A stretch of DNA of 62,833 nucleotides, filler included, from Thermoplasmatota archaeon (GTDB taxonomy: Archaea; Thermoplasmatota; E2; JACPAO01; JAHFTW01), in the NCBI GenBank assembly GCA_041623215.1. It is 17 parts of 17 records of this genome, joined end to end, with 100 filler letters (N's around TTAATTAATTAA, not from the genome) between each part and the next. Parts side by side here need not be neighbours in the genome. Positions count along the whole stretch, not along the records: positions 38,894 to 42,343 come from JBFJXH010000172.1; positions 42,444 to 45,893 come from JBFJXH010000173.1; positions 45,994 to 49,418 come from JBFJXH010000174.1; positions 49,519 to 52,882 come from JBFJXH010000175.1; 13 more parts are not named here. The stretch is one strand, 5' to 3'. Under the pieces are notes generated by a model. It saw only the letters and a program-made list of their open reading frames with translations, was not told the DNA's origin and searched no databases. The position numbers were made by a program, and so were the translations under genes. Shown one piece after another: positions 39,716 to 49,765 of this stretch; within the stretch, counting starts at the first letter, position 1, and each line of letters begins with the position of its first letter.

Positions 39716-40675
39716 GTGCCTCCAGTCGCGCGGTCTGTGCCGGTAATCGAAGATGAAGAGACCTTCATGGCATGGCGCCGCGCCGGCGACGTTGCCCATA
39801 GAGCCCTCGTCCATGGCGCTAACTTGTGCGTTGATGGAACGGTCCTGTCGGATGTTGCGGCCGCGGTGGAGGACTTCATCCGGCAGGAAGGACTTGAGCC
39901 GGCCTTTCCCTGCACATTGAGCCTCAATGCCTGTGCTGCTCACTTTACGCCAACTCACGACGACCCGGCCGCTCTGAAGAATGGCGACTTGGTGAAGCTC
40001 GACTGTGGGGCAAGCCTGAACGGTGCCCTGTCGGACAACGCGTTGACAATCGAAGTGGGTGCGCCGCAGGGAGGTGGCGAACACGACCGCCTCATTGAGG
40101 CCAGCCGCGCCTGCCTCGCGGAGGCCATTAGCGTCCTCGGGCCAAATGTCAACCTCGGCGACGTTGGCTCGGTCATCGAGCACACCGCCAAGGACTTCGG
40201 CTTCAAGCCCATCCAGAACCTGACCGGGCACAGCTTGGAAACGTACAATCTGCACGCGGGCTTGACGGTGCCGAACTGCGGCATGAAGGTCACGCGAAGG
40301 CCGCGCGTTGGTGATGTCCTGGCGTGTGAACCGTTTGTGACCGATGGCTCGGCAGGCCGCGTCGAAAACTCCGGGCCCGGCAATATCTACCATTTCAACC
40401 GGCCGGTGCCGCTTCGCATGCCGAGCCAAAAGCGACTCATGACCCACATTGGCCGCGCCCATCCCAAGTTACCCTTCGCGGAGCGCTGGCTCACCGGGGT
40501 CATTGACGACCGAAAGCTCGGCTTCAACTTGCTGCAATTACAGAAGGGCCTTGGCCTGAAGCACTACCCTGCCTTGTCCGAGAAATCGGGTGGCATGGTG
40601 GCGCAAACAGAGGCTACGCTCGTCATCACAGAGGATGGCTGCGAAGTGACGACCCAGCCGTTGGCTGTTGCCTGA
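39716..40675 (+). CDS. map: Methionine aminopeptidase type II
   Basis: AFPC..AAHFTP, KLDCG..DNA, NLTGH, LHAG, EPF, LPFAERW insert, YPAL.E..VAQTE. Confidence 0.93.
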   Translation: MPPVARSVPVIEDEETFMAWRRAGDVAHRALVHGANLCVDGTVLSDVAAAVEDFIRQEGLEPAFPCTLSLNACAAHFTPTHDDPAALKNGDLVKLDCGASLNGALSDNALTIEVGAPQGGGEHDRLIEASRACLAEAISVLGPNVNLGDVGSVIEHTAKDFGFKPIQNLTGHSLETYNLHAGLTVPNCGMKVTRRPRVGDVLACEPFVTDGSAGRVENSGPGNIYHFNRPVPLRMPSQKRLMTHIGRAHPKLPFAERWLTGVIDDRKLGFNLLQLQKGLGLKHYPALSEKSGGMVAQTEATLVITEDGCEVTTQPLAVA

Positions 40676-40713
40676 CCGCGAAGCGAGCCCAGGGGAGGCC
40701 GGGGAATTGGGTC

Positions 40714-40914
40714 CTAGTCCTCTTCCTCGTAAGGGCACTCGCTGCAGTAGCGCACTACGAAGCGGCCCTCCACGCGATAATCGAGAGGAATTTTGCAGTC
40801 AGGGCATACGTGTTTGCGAACGCCCGTTTGCAGCACTGTGTCGCCGCCGTCGTCAAAGTCGTCGTTGAACAGTTCTACGTCGTCGTCGTAGTCGTCGTCC
40901 ATGTTCCGCCTCAT
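40714..40914 (-). CDS. Small acidic zinc-ribbon protein
   Basis: Asp-rich N-terminus, CPDC..CSEC; CCTTAA box about 20-25 nt upstream. Confidence 0.65.
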   Translation of the reverse strand: MRRNMDDDYDDDVELFNDDFDDGGDTVLQTGVRKHVCPDCKIPLDYRVEGRFVVRYCSECPYEEED

Positions 40915-41035
40915 GCTTTGCAGTTGGACCGGTTAAGGCTTGCGGGCCGCATCGGCGCCGGGCGCGTCTCCTTTGTGTAACTGGGGTACACGCTGGCTCC
41001 ACCGGGGCGCACGCGTGAAGTGGCTGACCATCAAC

Positions 41036-41650
41036 CTAATCGATAGTAATCCGGACGCCATCCGAGCCGTCCCGAACTTTTTGCACCGTGACGTCCAAGA
41101 TGCCGTTATTGTAGGTGGCTTTGGTAGTGGATGGGTCCACCTTGGCGGGCAGGCGGACACGCTTGTGGTACTTGCGGCGCTCGGTGTCGACGCTGATTTC
41201 GAGGCTGTCCTCGGTCATCTTGAGGTCAATGTCTGACTTGTCGACTCCGGGCAGCTCCATGGTGGTCGCAACCGATACCGCGTCTTCGATGACATCCGTG
41301 AGAGGTTCTCGTTCGTCAATGCTGATGCCGGGTTTGCCGGTTCCGCTGACTTCACCCGGCTGGCCGCCAGGTCGCTTTACGTGTGGCTTGTTGCCAAACG
41401 TGTTGAACTGTGGTTTGCCATCCGGGCCCATGCGGAAGTTGAAGCCGCTGACAAAGCCCTTGGAGGGGTCATCGCCCATGTTGCGAAACGCCTCCTCAAG
41501 GTTGCGTTGCATGTCGTCGAAGAGGCGCTGGAAGTCACGCGGGTCAATGCCCATGCGGCGCATCCATTCGTCCATGCCGCCGGGTCCGAAGGGGCCGTCT
41601 GCGCCGAAGGGGTTGCCGCCGCCGGGCGGTCCGTTTGGGGGGGCTTCCAT
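41036..41650 (-). CDS. hsp20: Small heat shock protein, archaeal Hsp20
   Basis: GF..RMGPDGKP..FGN, REPLTDV, ELPGVDKSDI, KATYNNGILDV. Confidence 0.92.
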   Translation of the reverse strand: MEAPPNGPPGGGNPFGADGPFGPGGMDEWMRRMGIDPRDFQRLFDDMQRNLEEAFRNMGDDPSKGFVSGFNFRMGPDGKPQFNTFGNKPHVKRPGGQPGEVSGTGKPGISIDEREPLTDVIEDAVSVATTMELPGVDKSDIDLKMTEDSLEISVDTERRKYHKRVRLPAKVDPSTTKATYNNGILDVTVQKVRDGSDGVRITID

Positions 41651-41768
41651 GGTCTTTGATTGTTAGTGCTTCTACAAGAGGGTATCGCGGGCGTGGGGGA
41701 GCAAGGGCGCGAGGCTCGGCGGTCTGGTCACGGCAAACACTAAGTCGCAGGTCAAGGCCTCGAAGCCG

Positions 41769-42343
41769 ATGCTTACCCGGCGCCTTGCAGCGTTTACGGT
41801 CGCGGCCGCTTTCCTGCTGATGCTCCCAAGTGGCCACGCACACATGCTATGGTCAGACCATGTCGAGGCCAACATCGTCACAGATCCTTCTGGCATGGGC
41901 CCGGTGGCGGCCGCCACGGCAGGCGTGCTGCCCGAATCCATTGGCCTAGCCGCTGATGCCCCCGCCTGGCGCCAGGTCCTCGCCGCGCCCGAGGGATATG
42001 AATTGACCTTCACGTGCCCCGCCACAGATTCCGGGTACCAGCCGAGCACCAACGCGCAAACGGTCACGTTGAGTTGTCCCTTCCGCGTCATCGATGACCA
42101 GGACTTGCTCGGGTCGCCGCGCATTGCCATCCGGCCCGGAAGCACCGAGGAGGTTGCCTTCTTCAGCCTGCATGGTCAGGCGGCTCCCGGCGGACCAAGC
42201 GACCGCAGTCGAGATCCGGTGGACACCGGCACACACACCACCTTCACAACGTACGACCAAGGCATCAGTTGGACGGACAACCCCATCAACCACCATTTTC
42301 CCGCCGGTGGGTCCCTGGGTGAAGCAGCCGCAGGTGCCATGGA
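41769..42343 (+). CDS. Secreted hypothetical protein (3' truncated)
   Basis: Signal peptide; TYDQGISW resembles an Asp-box. Confidence 0.6.
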
Positions 42344-42443
42344 NNNNNNNNNNNNNNNNNNNNNNNNNNNNNNNNNNNNNNNNNNNNTTAATTAATTAAN
42401 NNNNNNNNNNNNNNNNNNNNNNNNNNNNNNNNNNNNNNNNNNN

Positions 42444-42944
42444 CTTGGTCAGGAAGGTTGCTTCTTCCATGGCCGTGTCGCCGCCGCCCACCACCACGAC
42501 TTCCTTGTCCTTGAAGAAGAATCCATCGCAGGTGGCGCACGCCGAAACACCGCGCCCCATCAACCGCTTCTCTGATTCCAGGCCAAGCCACTTGGCGCTG
42601 CTGCCAGTGGCCACGATGACCGACTTAGCCTGGTAGGCACCACTTGGCGCGGTGACGGTGAAGGGCTGGTGCATCAATTCCACTTCGTTGGCGTCCTCGT
42701 CCTTGAATTCGGCGCCGAAGCGCTCGGCTTGCTTGCGAAGGTCAGCCATCATGTCCGGGCCGGTAACGCCCTCCGGATAGCCGGGGAAGTTCTCCACGTC
42801 GCTGGTCAACATCAGTTGGCCGCCCGCCTCAAAGCCAGCAATAACGAGGGTCCGCAGGAAGGCGCGGCTGGCGTAGAGGGCGGCAGTGCAGCCGGCTGGG
42901 CCGCTGCCAATGATGATGACATCCCAGAGGTCGTCGTCGGACAC
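42444..42944 (-). CDS. trxB: Thioredoxin reductase (3' truncated)
   Basis: [40 protein letters not shown]. Confidence 0.96.
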
Positions 42945-43085
42945 GCGTGCGCCACTCAGGAGTTGCTTTTTGCACTTCGGGTCCGCGACGGCTGTGGCCG
43001 TCGCTGGCAGGTGCCTGGGTTTTCGCTCCGACGCTTCGACCTGCGCGCCGCAGCGCTGGTGGAAGGTCGCGGCAATGCGGGCCCT

Positions 43086-44168
43086 TCACTGGTAGGCTGC
43101 CGCCGCAGCCGCTGCGTCCAACAGCCCGTAACCGGTTGCGTCGCTGTGGTTGCCCTGGGCATCGGGGAGGCTGGCGGCCGTTTCAATCAAGATACTCTTG
43201 ACCCGGGCCACGCCGTCGGCATTTTGCAGGGGCGCGCGACCTTCCAGCATAAGAGCCACGGCGGCGCTCACGAAGGGCGTCGCTTGGCTGGTGCCGCTGG
43301 CACGTGCGAAGCCGCGGTCAATCCAAGCACCCAGAATATCCACGCCCGGGGCACTAATCTCGGGCTTCCGGTTGGGGTCGCAGCGCCCCGTTGGACTACC
43401 GACAAGGGGTATGGTCCGACACTCGCCATTGGAGCCTCGGCTGCTGAAGCCGGCGGGCGCTAGCTGCTGGTCCACGGCTGCTACCGCGATGACGCCGGGG
43501 ACGTCGGCTGGAACGGACACGTCCGAGCGCCGCTCGTCCTCTGGTGCACCTGGACCGCCGTTGCCCGCCGCCGCGACGACCACAATGCCGCGGTCGATGG
43601 CCCGCTGCACCGCCGCGCGAAGGGCGTCGTCGGATAGGTCCAGCAAGGCATCAGCGCCACCCAGGCTGAGGCTCATGACCTGGACGCGCTCGCGGATGGC
43701 CCAGTCGATAGCATCGAGGATGGCGCGGCCGTCGCACTCCTCCTGTCCGCACACGCGGGCTACATACAAGGTGACGTCATTGGCTGCTCCATCTAGGCGG
43801 ACAGCGCCGTAGCGGACCATTTGGGTGTCGCTCATGGGGCGACTAGTGATGATACTCGCCACATGGGTCCCGTGGCCGTTGTCGTCGAATGCGTTCTCCG
43901 GACCTCGAATATCTGTCAGGAAGTCCACGAATCCGGCCAATTCGCCGTTGGTCGTATCGCCGTCAATGAGGTGTTGAAGCGACGGGTGACTCGGGTCAAT
44001 GCCCGTGTCCAAGATGGCGACGCGAACGCCACGGCCCGTGGCCGCAACGTCGCGCAGGTTGGCCGCATCGTAGGCCCACTCAGAGTCGTCCGTGAATCCC
44101 AGTCCCTGGAGGCAGCCACTGGCCAGAAGTGTGGCCGTGAGCGCAACGAGGGTCGTTACGCGCATCAT
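43086..44168 (-). CDS. S8 subtilisin-like protease, lipoprotein
   Basis: Lipobox-like ASGCL; ILDTG, HGTHVA, AAAGN, GTSQATPFV. Confidence 0.92.
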   Translation of the reverse strand: MMRVTTLVALTATLLASGCLQGLGFTDDSEWAYDAANLRDVAATGRGVRVAILDTGIDPSHPSLQHLIDGDTTNGELAGFVDFLTDIRGPENAFDDNGHGTHVASIITSRPMSDTQMVRYGAVRLDGAANDVTLYVARVCGQEECDGRAILDAIDWAIRERVQVMSLSLGGADALLDLSDDALRAAVQRAIDRGIVVVAAAGNGGPGAPEDERRSDVSVPADVPGVIAVAAVDQQLAPAGFSSRGSNGECRTIPLVGSPTGRCDPNRKPEISAPGVDILGAWIDRGFARASGTSQATPFVSAAVALMLEGRAPLQNADGVARVKSILIETAASLPDAQGNHSDATGYGLLDAAAAAAAYQ

Positions 44169-44172
44169 GGTT

Positions 44173-44541
44173 TCACAGGCCCATCTTTAGGGCCAGGTCG
44201 GCCACGAGGGGCATCCGGTATCGTTCGCCAAGCAGCACCTTGAGGATGCCAATCGCGGCGAAGAACACGTAGAGAATCGTGACGCCGAACAGGAGTGCAA
44301 ACACAATTGGTTCCACAATGGGAACATTGGCCACGAAGAACAGCAGGATCATGGTCACGAAGGTCACCGCCAACCAGAGTAAGAACAGGACCATGCCTTG
44401 GCGGGCATGAAACTGGATGAACATGGAATCGCGTCGCAAACGCAGGGGCAACAGGAAGAGGACGGGCAAATAGCCCAGGAGGGCGAGAACCCTGTCGGCG
44501 CCGCTAATCTTCATGGTTGCCGCTCGATTCTGGCGTGCCAT
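44173..44541 (-). CDS. DUF4870/Tic20-like membrane protein
   Basis: ALLGYL..FIQFHARQG..G.RYRMPLV. Confidence 0.8.
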   Translation of the reverse strand: MARQNRAATMKISGADRVLALLGYLPVLFLLPLRLRRDSMFIQFHARQGMVLFLLWLAVTFVTMILLFFVANVPIVEPIVFALLFGVTILYVFFAAIGILKVLLGERYRMPLVADLALKMGL

Positions 44542-44612
44542 AAAGGGTTATTGAACAGCGAATGGAAGTTGGATGGGTCGAATCACCGGGGCATTGCCCC
44601 ATCCGGGGGGTG

Positions 44613-45893
44613 CTATGGCACGCGCTTGCGGGGCGCCAGGTAGTGGTCGCGAAGGACCCGCCGCATCACCTTGTTGCTGGCGGTGCGGGGCAGCTTCTCC
44701 ACCAGGACTAGGTCGTGGATTCGGAACAAGGGGTTGAGCTTCTTTTTGATTCGCTCCTGCAACCCCGCCTTCAGGCCCGCCGCTTCCACGCTCTGGCTCC
44801 CTGCATTCTTGGTCACGGCGAAGACGACGAGTTGTTCAGCGCCACCGCCGGCGGGTTGGATGGCCACGGCGGCCGTCTCCAATACGCGGTCGTCTCCGTC
44901 CATGGCCGCCTCCAATTCGACGCTACTTACCTTGATGCCGCCAAGGTTCATGGTGTCGTCGGCTCGTCCACCCGCCGCATAATAGCCACCGGGAAGCACA
45001 TGCATTTCGTCGCCATGGCGCCGTAGCGCCCCCACGCCGGCTGGGTCGGCCGGACAATCGTCGTAATACTCGCGGCCGTGGTCACGATTGAGGAGTCGTT
45101 GCGACAGGCCGATGGATGGTGGGCGCAGCCAAATCTGGCCGTGTTGGCCCGCGGCCACTTCTGTGCCAGCGTCGTCAAGGACGACAAAGTCGAGCCCTAG
45201 CGCAGGTGTGCTGAAGGTCGCAGGCGACTGCGCTTGCAGGACGCTGCCGGTGACATGGCCGCCGCCAATTTCAGTGCCGCCGCAATACTCGATAATGGGC
45301 GCCTGGTATCTTGCCCGGCTCATGAGCCATAGGTAGTCTCGCACATTGCTTGCTTCGCCGGTGCTCGAAAACACGCGGACGCCCGACAGGTCGCTGGTTG
45401 TTTCGCTTGTGGCCTTCCAGCTCCGCACAAGCGCCGGCACGAGCCCAAGCACCGAGGTCTTGCTATCGCGGACCCAGGCAAGAAAACCGTCGCCAACGGG
45501 AGCGCCAACGTACAGCATCATGGTTGCCTGATTGATGAAGGTGGCATAGATGAGCCAAGGCCCCATCATCCAGCCGATATTCGTGGGCCATGCAACAACA
45601 TCATGGCCGTGGATATCCTGGTGGAAGCGCCCGTCCATGGCGGCCTTGAGGGGCGTCAAGTGATTCCATGGAATGGCCTTCGGCTCCCCCGTGGTGCCCG
45701 ATGAAAACAGGACATTCGTTGTCTCGTACGGGTCTGCAGCAACCGCCTCCATGCTGCCGGTTTCCTGACCCGCATCTTCGATGACCTGTAGGTCCAAGCA
45801 CCCTTCGGCCGCACCGACCGACACAACCTCCACGCTCCCGACCGCTTGGGCTGCCTGGAGCGCCTTGGGTGCCATGGGCACCTCCTTGCCGCC
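44613..45893 (-). CDS. Acyl-CoA synthetase / AMP-binding enzyme (AAE17/18-like), 5' truncated
   Basis: FSSGTTGEPKAIPW, WPTNIGWMMGPW, IEYCGGTEIGG, GRADDTMNLGGIK, LPRTASNKVMRR. Confidence 0.9.
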   Translation of the reverse strand, partial: GGKEVPMAPKALQAAQAVGSVEVVSVGAAEGCLDLQVIEDAGQETGSMEAVAADPYETTNVLFSSGTTGEPKAIPWNHLTPLKAAMDGRFHQDIHGHDVVAWPTNIGWMMGPWLIYATFINQATMMLYVGAPVGDGFLAWVRDSKTSVLGLVPALVRSWKATSETTSDLSGVRVFSSTGEASNVRDYLWLMSRARYQAPIIEYCGGTEIGGGHVTGSVLQAQSPATFSTPALGLDFVVLDDAGTEVAAGQHGQIWLRPPSIGLSQRLLNRDHGREYYDDCPADPAGVGALRRHGDEMHVLPGGYYAAGGRADDTMNLGGIKVSSVELEAAMDGDDRVLETAAVAIQPAGGGAEQLVVFAVTKNAGSQSVEAAGLKAGLQERIKKKLNPLFRIHDLVLVEKLPRTASNKVMRRVLRDHYLAPRKRVP

Positions 45894-45993
45894 NNNNNNN
45901 NNNNNNNNNNNNNNNNNNNNNNNNNNNNNNNNNNNNNTTAATTAATTAANNNNNNNNNNNNNNNNNNNNNNNNNNNNNNNNNNNNNNNNNNNN

Positions 45994-46855
45994 CCGCGGC
46001 AAGCTCGAAGAGATGCTGCGCGGCGCTGACCTCGTTTTCATCACCGCAGGCATGGGTGGCGGCACCGGTACCGGCACCGCCCCCGTGATTGCCGACATCG
46101 CCAAGAAGAACGGCGCCATCGTGGTCGGCATGGTGTCGACCCCGTTCAATGTTGAACGCGCTCGCATCATCAAGGGTGACGAAGGCCTCCAGAAGCTCCG
46201 CTCCAAGGCTGACTCCGTCATCGTCCTTGACAACAACCGCCTCCTGAAGATGTGCCCCAACCTGCCCATCGACCAAGCGTTCAGCGTCATGGACCAACTC
46301 ATCGCCGAGACCGTCAAGGGCCTCAGCGAAACCATCACCCAACCCAGCCTCATCAACCTCGACTACGCCGACGTGAAGGCCATCATGGGCGAAGGCGGCG
46401 TCGCCGTCATGCTCTGGGGCGAAGCGAAGAACACCGACGGCCCCACCGCCGTTGTCAACGAAGCGCTCAACCACCCCCTCCTGGACGTGGACTACCGTGG
46501 CGCCACCGGCAGCCTGGTCCACATCACCGGCGGCCCCGACCTCACCCTCCGCCACGCGGAAGAAGTCGCCGAGGCCCTAACCTACGAATTGGACGCCCAC
46601 GCCAACGTCATCTGGGGCGCCCGCGTCCTGAAGGAATTCGAAGGCCGCTGCCGCGTCATGGCCATCATGACCGGCATCAGCCTGGAGCCGGCACCCTTCG
46701 AGGCTCGACCGAAGGGCGAGGTCGAATTTCGTACGGTAGCCAACACCCCGGCTACCGAGGCCCCCGTGGAGAACTTCCAACCCTCGCGGCCCACCAGCTA
46801 CGGTGTCCGCCAGCAGGCCCCTCCGCAGCGCGCCGGCATTGAGTTCATTCACTGA
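45994..46855 (+). CDS. ftsZ: Cell division protein FtsZ (archaeal FtsZ2-like), 5' truncated
   Basis: [51 protein letters not shown]. Confidence 0.96.
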
Positions 46856-46985
46856 ACTTCCCGCCAACGTTACCCTCCGAGTCTCTTCCCCCTCTATCCT
46901 TCCCATTCATCCACAACCACCCACAATCGCCTTCTGGAGCGTTTCCTCCCACACTCAACGTCCTGCTCCAGAAGGCGGCCCTTGG

Positions 46986-47036
46986 CCGGGGCGCGGCAAT
47001 CCTCCCGTCGCGCCCCGGTTCCTCCCTTTTAATCTT
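46986..47036 (+). terminator. Putative terminator downstream of ftsZ
   Basis: 10-bp stem CCGGGGCGCG/CGCGCCCCGG (46986-47018) followed by pyrimidine tract TTCCTCCCTTTT. Confidence 0.5.
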
Positions 47037-47114
47037 AGACCGGAAAGGCGCGGCCTTGGTCCATTCAATTAGCTACGCCAAGCTTCAGTCCGGCCAGCTG
47101 ACGCCCAACGCACG

Positions 47115-48092
47115 CTAGGCGTGCAGTTGGCACGCCTTGCACCGGTCGCCGCTCGTAGGTTCCCCACAGGTAACACAAGCGCGCATGGTGGCGCCGGCGT
47201 TGGCCTTAACGAGCACCGGCCGTAGGCGGTCGGCGCCGGCCACCAAACGATGCCGCGTCCCGGGCTCATCCGCCTCCAAGGCGAGCAGCACGTCCCGCAT
47301 GCGAAACCGTTGCGCCCGAGCGGCATAGGGGCATTCCATTTCGTCATGCACCGGCAAGCCCTCCAGCAGACAATACAACAACACTTCCTTCTCGGGAATG
47401 AGCCGGAAGGGCAACAATCGCGGGACTAGGCCCTCACGGCGTTCGGTGTGCGGCGCCAACCGGGCCAAGCGGTCCACGTCGCCGGTGAGGTGATTCATGA
47501 GGATGGTCTGCGCAGTGTCGTCCAGGTTGTGACCCGTTACAACGGCGGCCGCACCCACCTCCCGCGCCACTTGGTTGATGCCGACGCGCCGGAAAACGCC
47601 GCACGGCCCACAAGCGGGTCGCTCGATAGCAGACGGCGCCTCCATTGGCCCTGCCTCCCCTTCACGCGCCTCGCCTTCAGCAGGAATAGCTGGGCCCGCG
47701 GCGCCCGAAGCGTAGTCATCAATGGTGTAACCGGCCAAGTCCTTCGTCCGCACAACATGCCACGACACACCAAGCTCGGCAGTGACCTCGCGACAGATCT
47801 CAATGCTTCCATCACGATAGCCCGCGATGCCTTCGTCCACCGTCACCGCCACCAAGTCGATGCGCGGATGCTCGCGGATGATGCCATGGAGGAAATGTAG
47901 CACCGCGACGGAATCCTTGCCTCCGCTCAACGCGACGGCAATGGTGCCTTCCGGCAAGCGGCCTTGGCGAGCCAACTCCTTTTGCGCGCGGCGCCGGAAG
48001 AAGCGGCGAAAATGCTCGCTGCACAGGCTCTGGCCCATGTAGCGAATCTCGATGACCGACGGCCGGTCGCACCGCGAACAAGTCGGGGCCAC
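47115..48092 (-). CDS. tRNA 2-thiolation protein (TtuA/Ncs6/CTU1 family)
   Basis: N-terminal CxxC..CxxH, PP-loop SGGKDS, DEGI.GYR, CGPCGVFRR, TGHNLDD, CPY, C-terminal CxxC..CxxC. Confidence 0.92.
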   Translation of the reverse strand: MAPTCSRCDRPSVIEIRYMGQSLCSEHFRRFFRRRAQKELARQGRLPEGTIAVALSGGKDSVAVLHFLHGIIREHPRIDLVAVTVDEGIAGYRDGSIEICREVTAELGVSWHVVRTKDLAGYTIDDYASGAAGPAIPAEGEAREGEAGPMEAPSAIERPACGPCGVFRRVGINQVAREVGAAAVVTGHNLDDTAQTILMNHLTGDVDRLARLAPHTERREGLVPRLLPFRLIPEKEVLLYCLLEGLPVHDEMECPYAARAQRFRMRDVLLALEADEPGTRHRLVAGADRLRPVLVKANAGATMRACVTCGEPTSGDRCKACQLHA

Positions 48093-48108
48093 CGTTGATG
48101 CCTCCGAC

Positions 48109-48978
48109 CTACAGCAGGCCAGCCTTTTGCAGGGTCAGCAGGTCCTCAGTGGACAACTTCTCGCCGGACTTGAAGCGCTCGAACACTTCGTCGGCCGCAG
48201 CTTCAGCAGCCGCCGAGTCGTGACGGGAGCCGCCGCCGCTGCCGCGGTTGGCGTCCTCAATCTCGTGAATCATGTTCACGACTTCGATGTACGCCTTGTG
48301 GACCTTGTCCGCCTCCATCTTGGAAACGACGAACTTTTCCTGCATCTTGTCAGCCGACTTGCGAATCTTGTCGGACTGCTTGTAGAGCTTGATCATGGCA
48401 TCATGCTCGGCTTGCGCCTTCTGTGCCACTTCGCCTACTTTGCCATGGACTTTTTCGGCCTTCTCCTTGAGGTCGTCGGCCTTCTCGATAGCAGCCTTGA
48501 GTTCAGGGTCAGCCTTGAGTTCCTTATCCTTGGCCTTCAGCAGCTTGCCAATTTCTTGCAAGCGCTCCACCAGCGCGCGCTCCTTCTTGGGCGTCAGCAC
48601 CGTGGTCATTTGTTGGTATTCTAATTGCCGCGCCTCGCGCTTCAGGCGGGCGGGGTCAATACGCGGCGCACCTTCTTCCGGGTCGTGACCGCGCTCGCGA
48701 CGCAGCGCTTCGGCAGCCTTCATGGCCTCGTCGGCCACCTTGTTAGCCTCGTCACGAAGCTCCTTCTGACGACGCACGCCTTCGTTCATCTCGTCGCGAC
48801 GCTTCTTGTGCTCATTGGCCTCATTGACCAAGGCCCGAACCTGGGCATTGTACCCATCGCGTTCGTCAGCGTGCGTGCGTGCTTCGTCGTTTAATCGGTC
48901 CCGCTCGGCCCGAAGAGCATTCGCGCGTTGCTGCAGCTCCTCCTTGGACTGGACGGTGACGGTGGTTTCGTCACTCAT
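48109..48978 (-). CDS. Archaeal coiled-coil protein (COG1340-like)
   Basis: Heptad-rich RD.LN repeats, LEYQQMT..LTPKKE..LV, FKSGEKLSTEDLL.LQ. Confidence 0.85.
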   Translation of the reverse strand: MSDETTVTVQSKEELQQRANALRAERDRLNDEARTHADERDGYNAQVRALVNEANEHKKRRDEMNEGVRRQKELRDEANKVADEAMKAAEALRRERGHDPEEGAPRIDPARLKREARQLEYQQMTTVLTPKKERALVERLQEIGKLLKAKDKELKADPELKAAIEKADDLKEKAEKVHGKVGEVAQKAQAEHDAMIKLYKQSDKIRKSADKMQEKFVVSKMEADKVHKAYIEVVNMIHEIEDANRGSGGGSRHDSAAAEAAADEVFERFKSGEKLSTEDLLTLQKAGLL

Positions 48979-49028
48979 AGGTGGTCACCTGGATAAAACG
49001 GCCGACATGGGGCCCCTACATAACCCAT

Positions 49029-49418
49029 ATGGAGCCTCTGGGTCGTAGCGTCATCGGCCCGCCCAATGGCCAAGACGCCAACGTTCAAGACCCACGCCCG
49101 CTCGGCCGCCTCTGCGGCATGCTTGACGACGATACCGCGAAGGGGATTCTCATGGCCTACCATGAGGCCCACGCCGACGAGGAGGACCAGCCCACCCCCT
49201 TGTTGATCCTACATGGGTTGCGCGAGGAGATTACCATCCGTCCCCACGTGGAGTTGCCCAGCGCCTACCATATGGCGCATTACCTGGATGACTTCGTGAC
49301 GGACGGCACCGTGGGCATCACCGTCGCCGGCCGATTCTACAAGCAAATCGGCGAGAACGTTTTCCAGGGGACCATCCTGTACCATGTAGACCGAATCGGG
49401 AGCCACTTGATTCGCGGC
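49029..49418 (+). CDS. Hypothetical protein (3' truncated)
   Basis: Open frame divergent from the coiled-coil gene. Confidence 0.55.
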
Positions 49419-49519
49419 NNNNNNNNNNNNNNNNNNNNNNNNNNNNNNNNNNNNNNNNNNNNTTAATTAATTAANNNNNNNNNNNNNNNNNNNNNNNNNN
49501 NNNNNNNNNNNNNNNNNNC

Positions 49520-49765
49520 TACTCCGCTCCAGAAGTCAAGCGCGGCAGGGCGGGCGTTCACAGTGAAGCCTTCGGCCTCGGCTGCCTCCTCTTCGACCTC
49601 GCCGCTGGCCGCCGACCCCTCAAAGGCTGGACCGCCGACGACATGCGCGAAACCCTCGGCGACCACCCCGCAGCCAACGTCATCCTGGCACTCACGCATG
49701 CGGAGCCAGACCAACGCCAAACCTTGGACTGGGCGGTCAGCGAGCTTCAACGGCTTGGTGTTTGA
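49520..49765 (+). CDS. Hanks-type Ser/Thr protein kinase C-lobe fragment (not in ORF track)
   Basis: Translation YSAPEV..SEAFGLGCLLFDLAAGRRP..LALTHAEPDQR matches subdomains VIII, IX and XI. Confidence 0.7.
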   Translation, partial: YSAPEVKRGRAGVHSEAFGLGCLLFDLAAGRRPLKGWTADDMRETLGDHPAANVILALTHAEPDQRQTLDWAVSELQRLGV

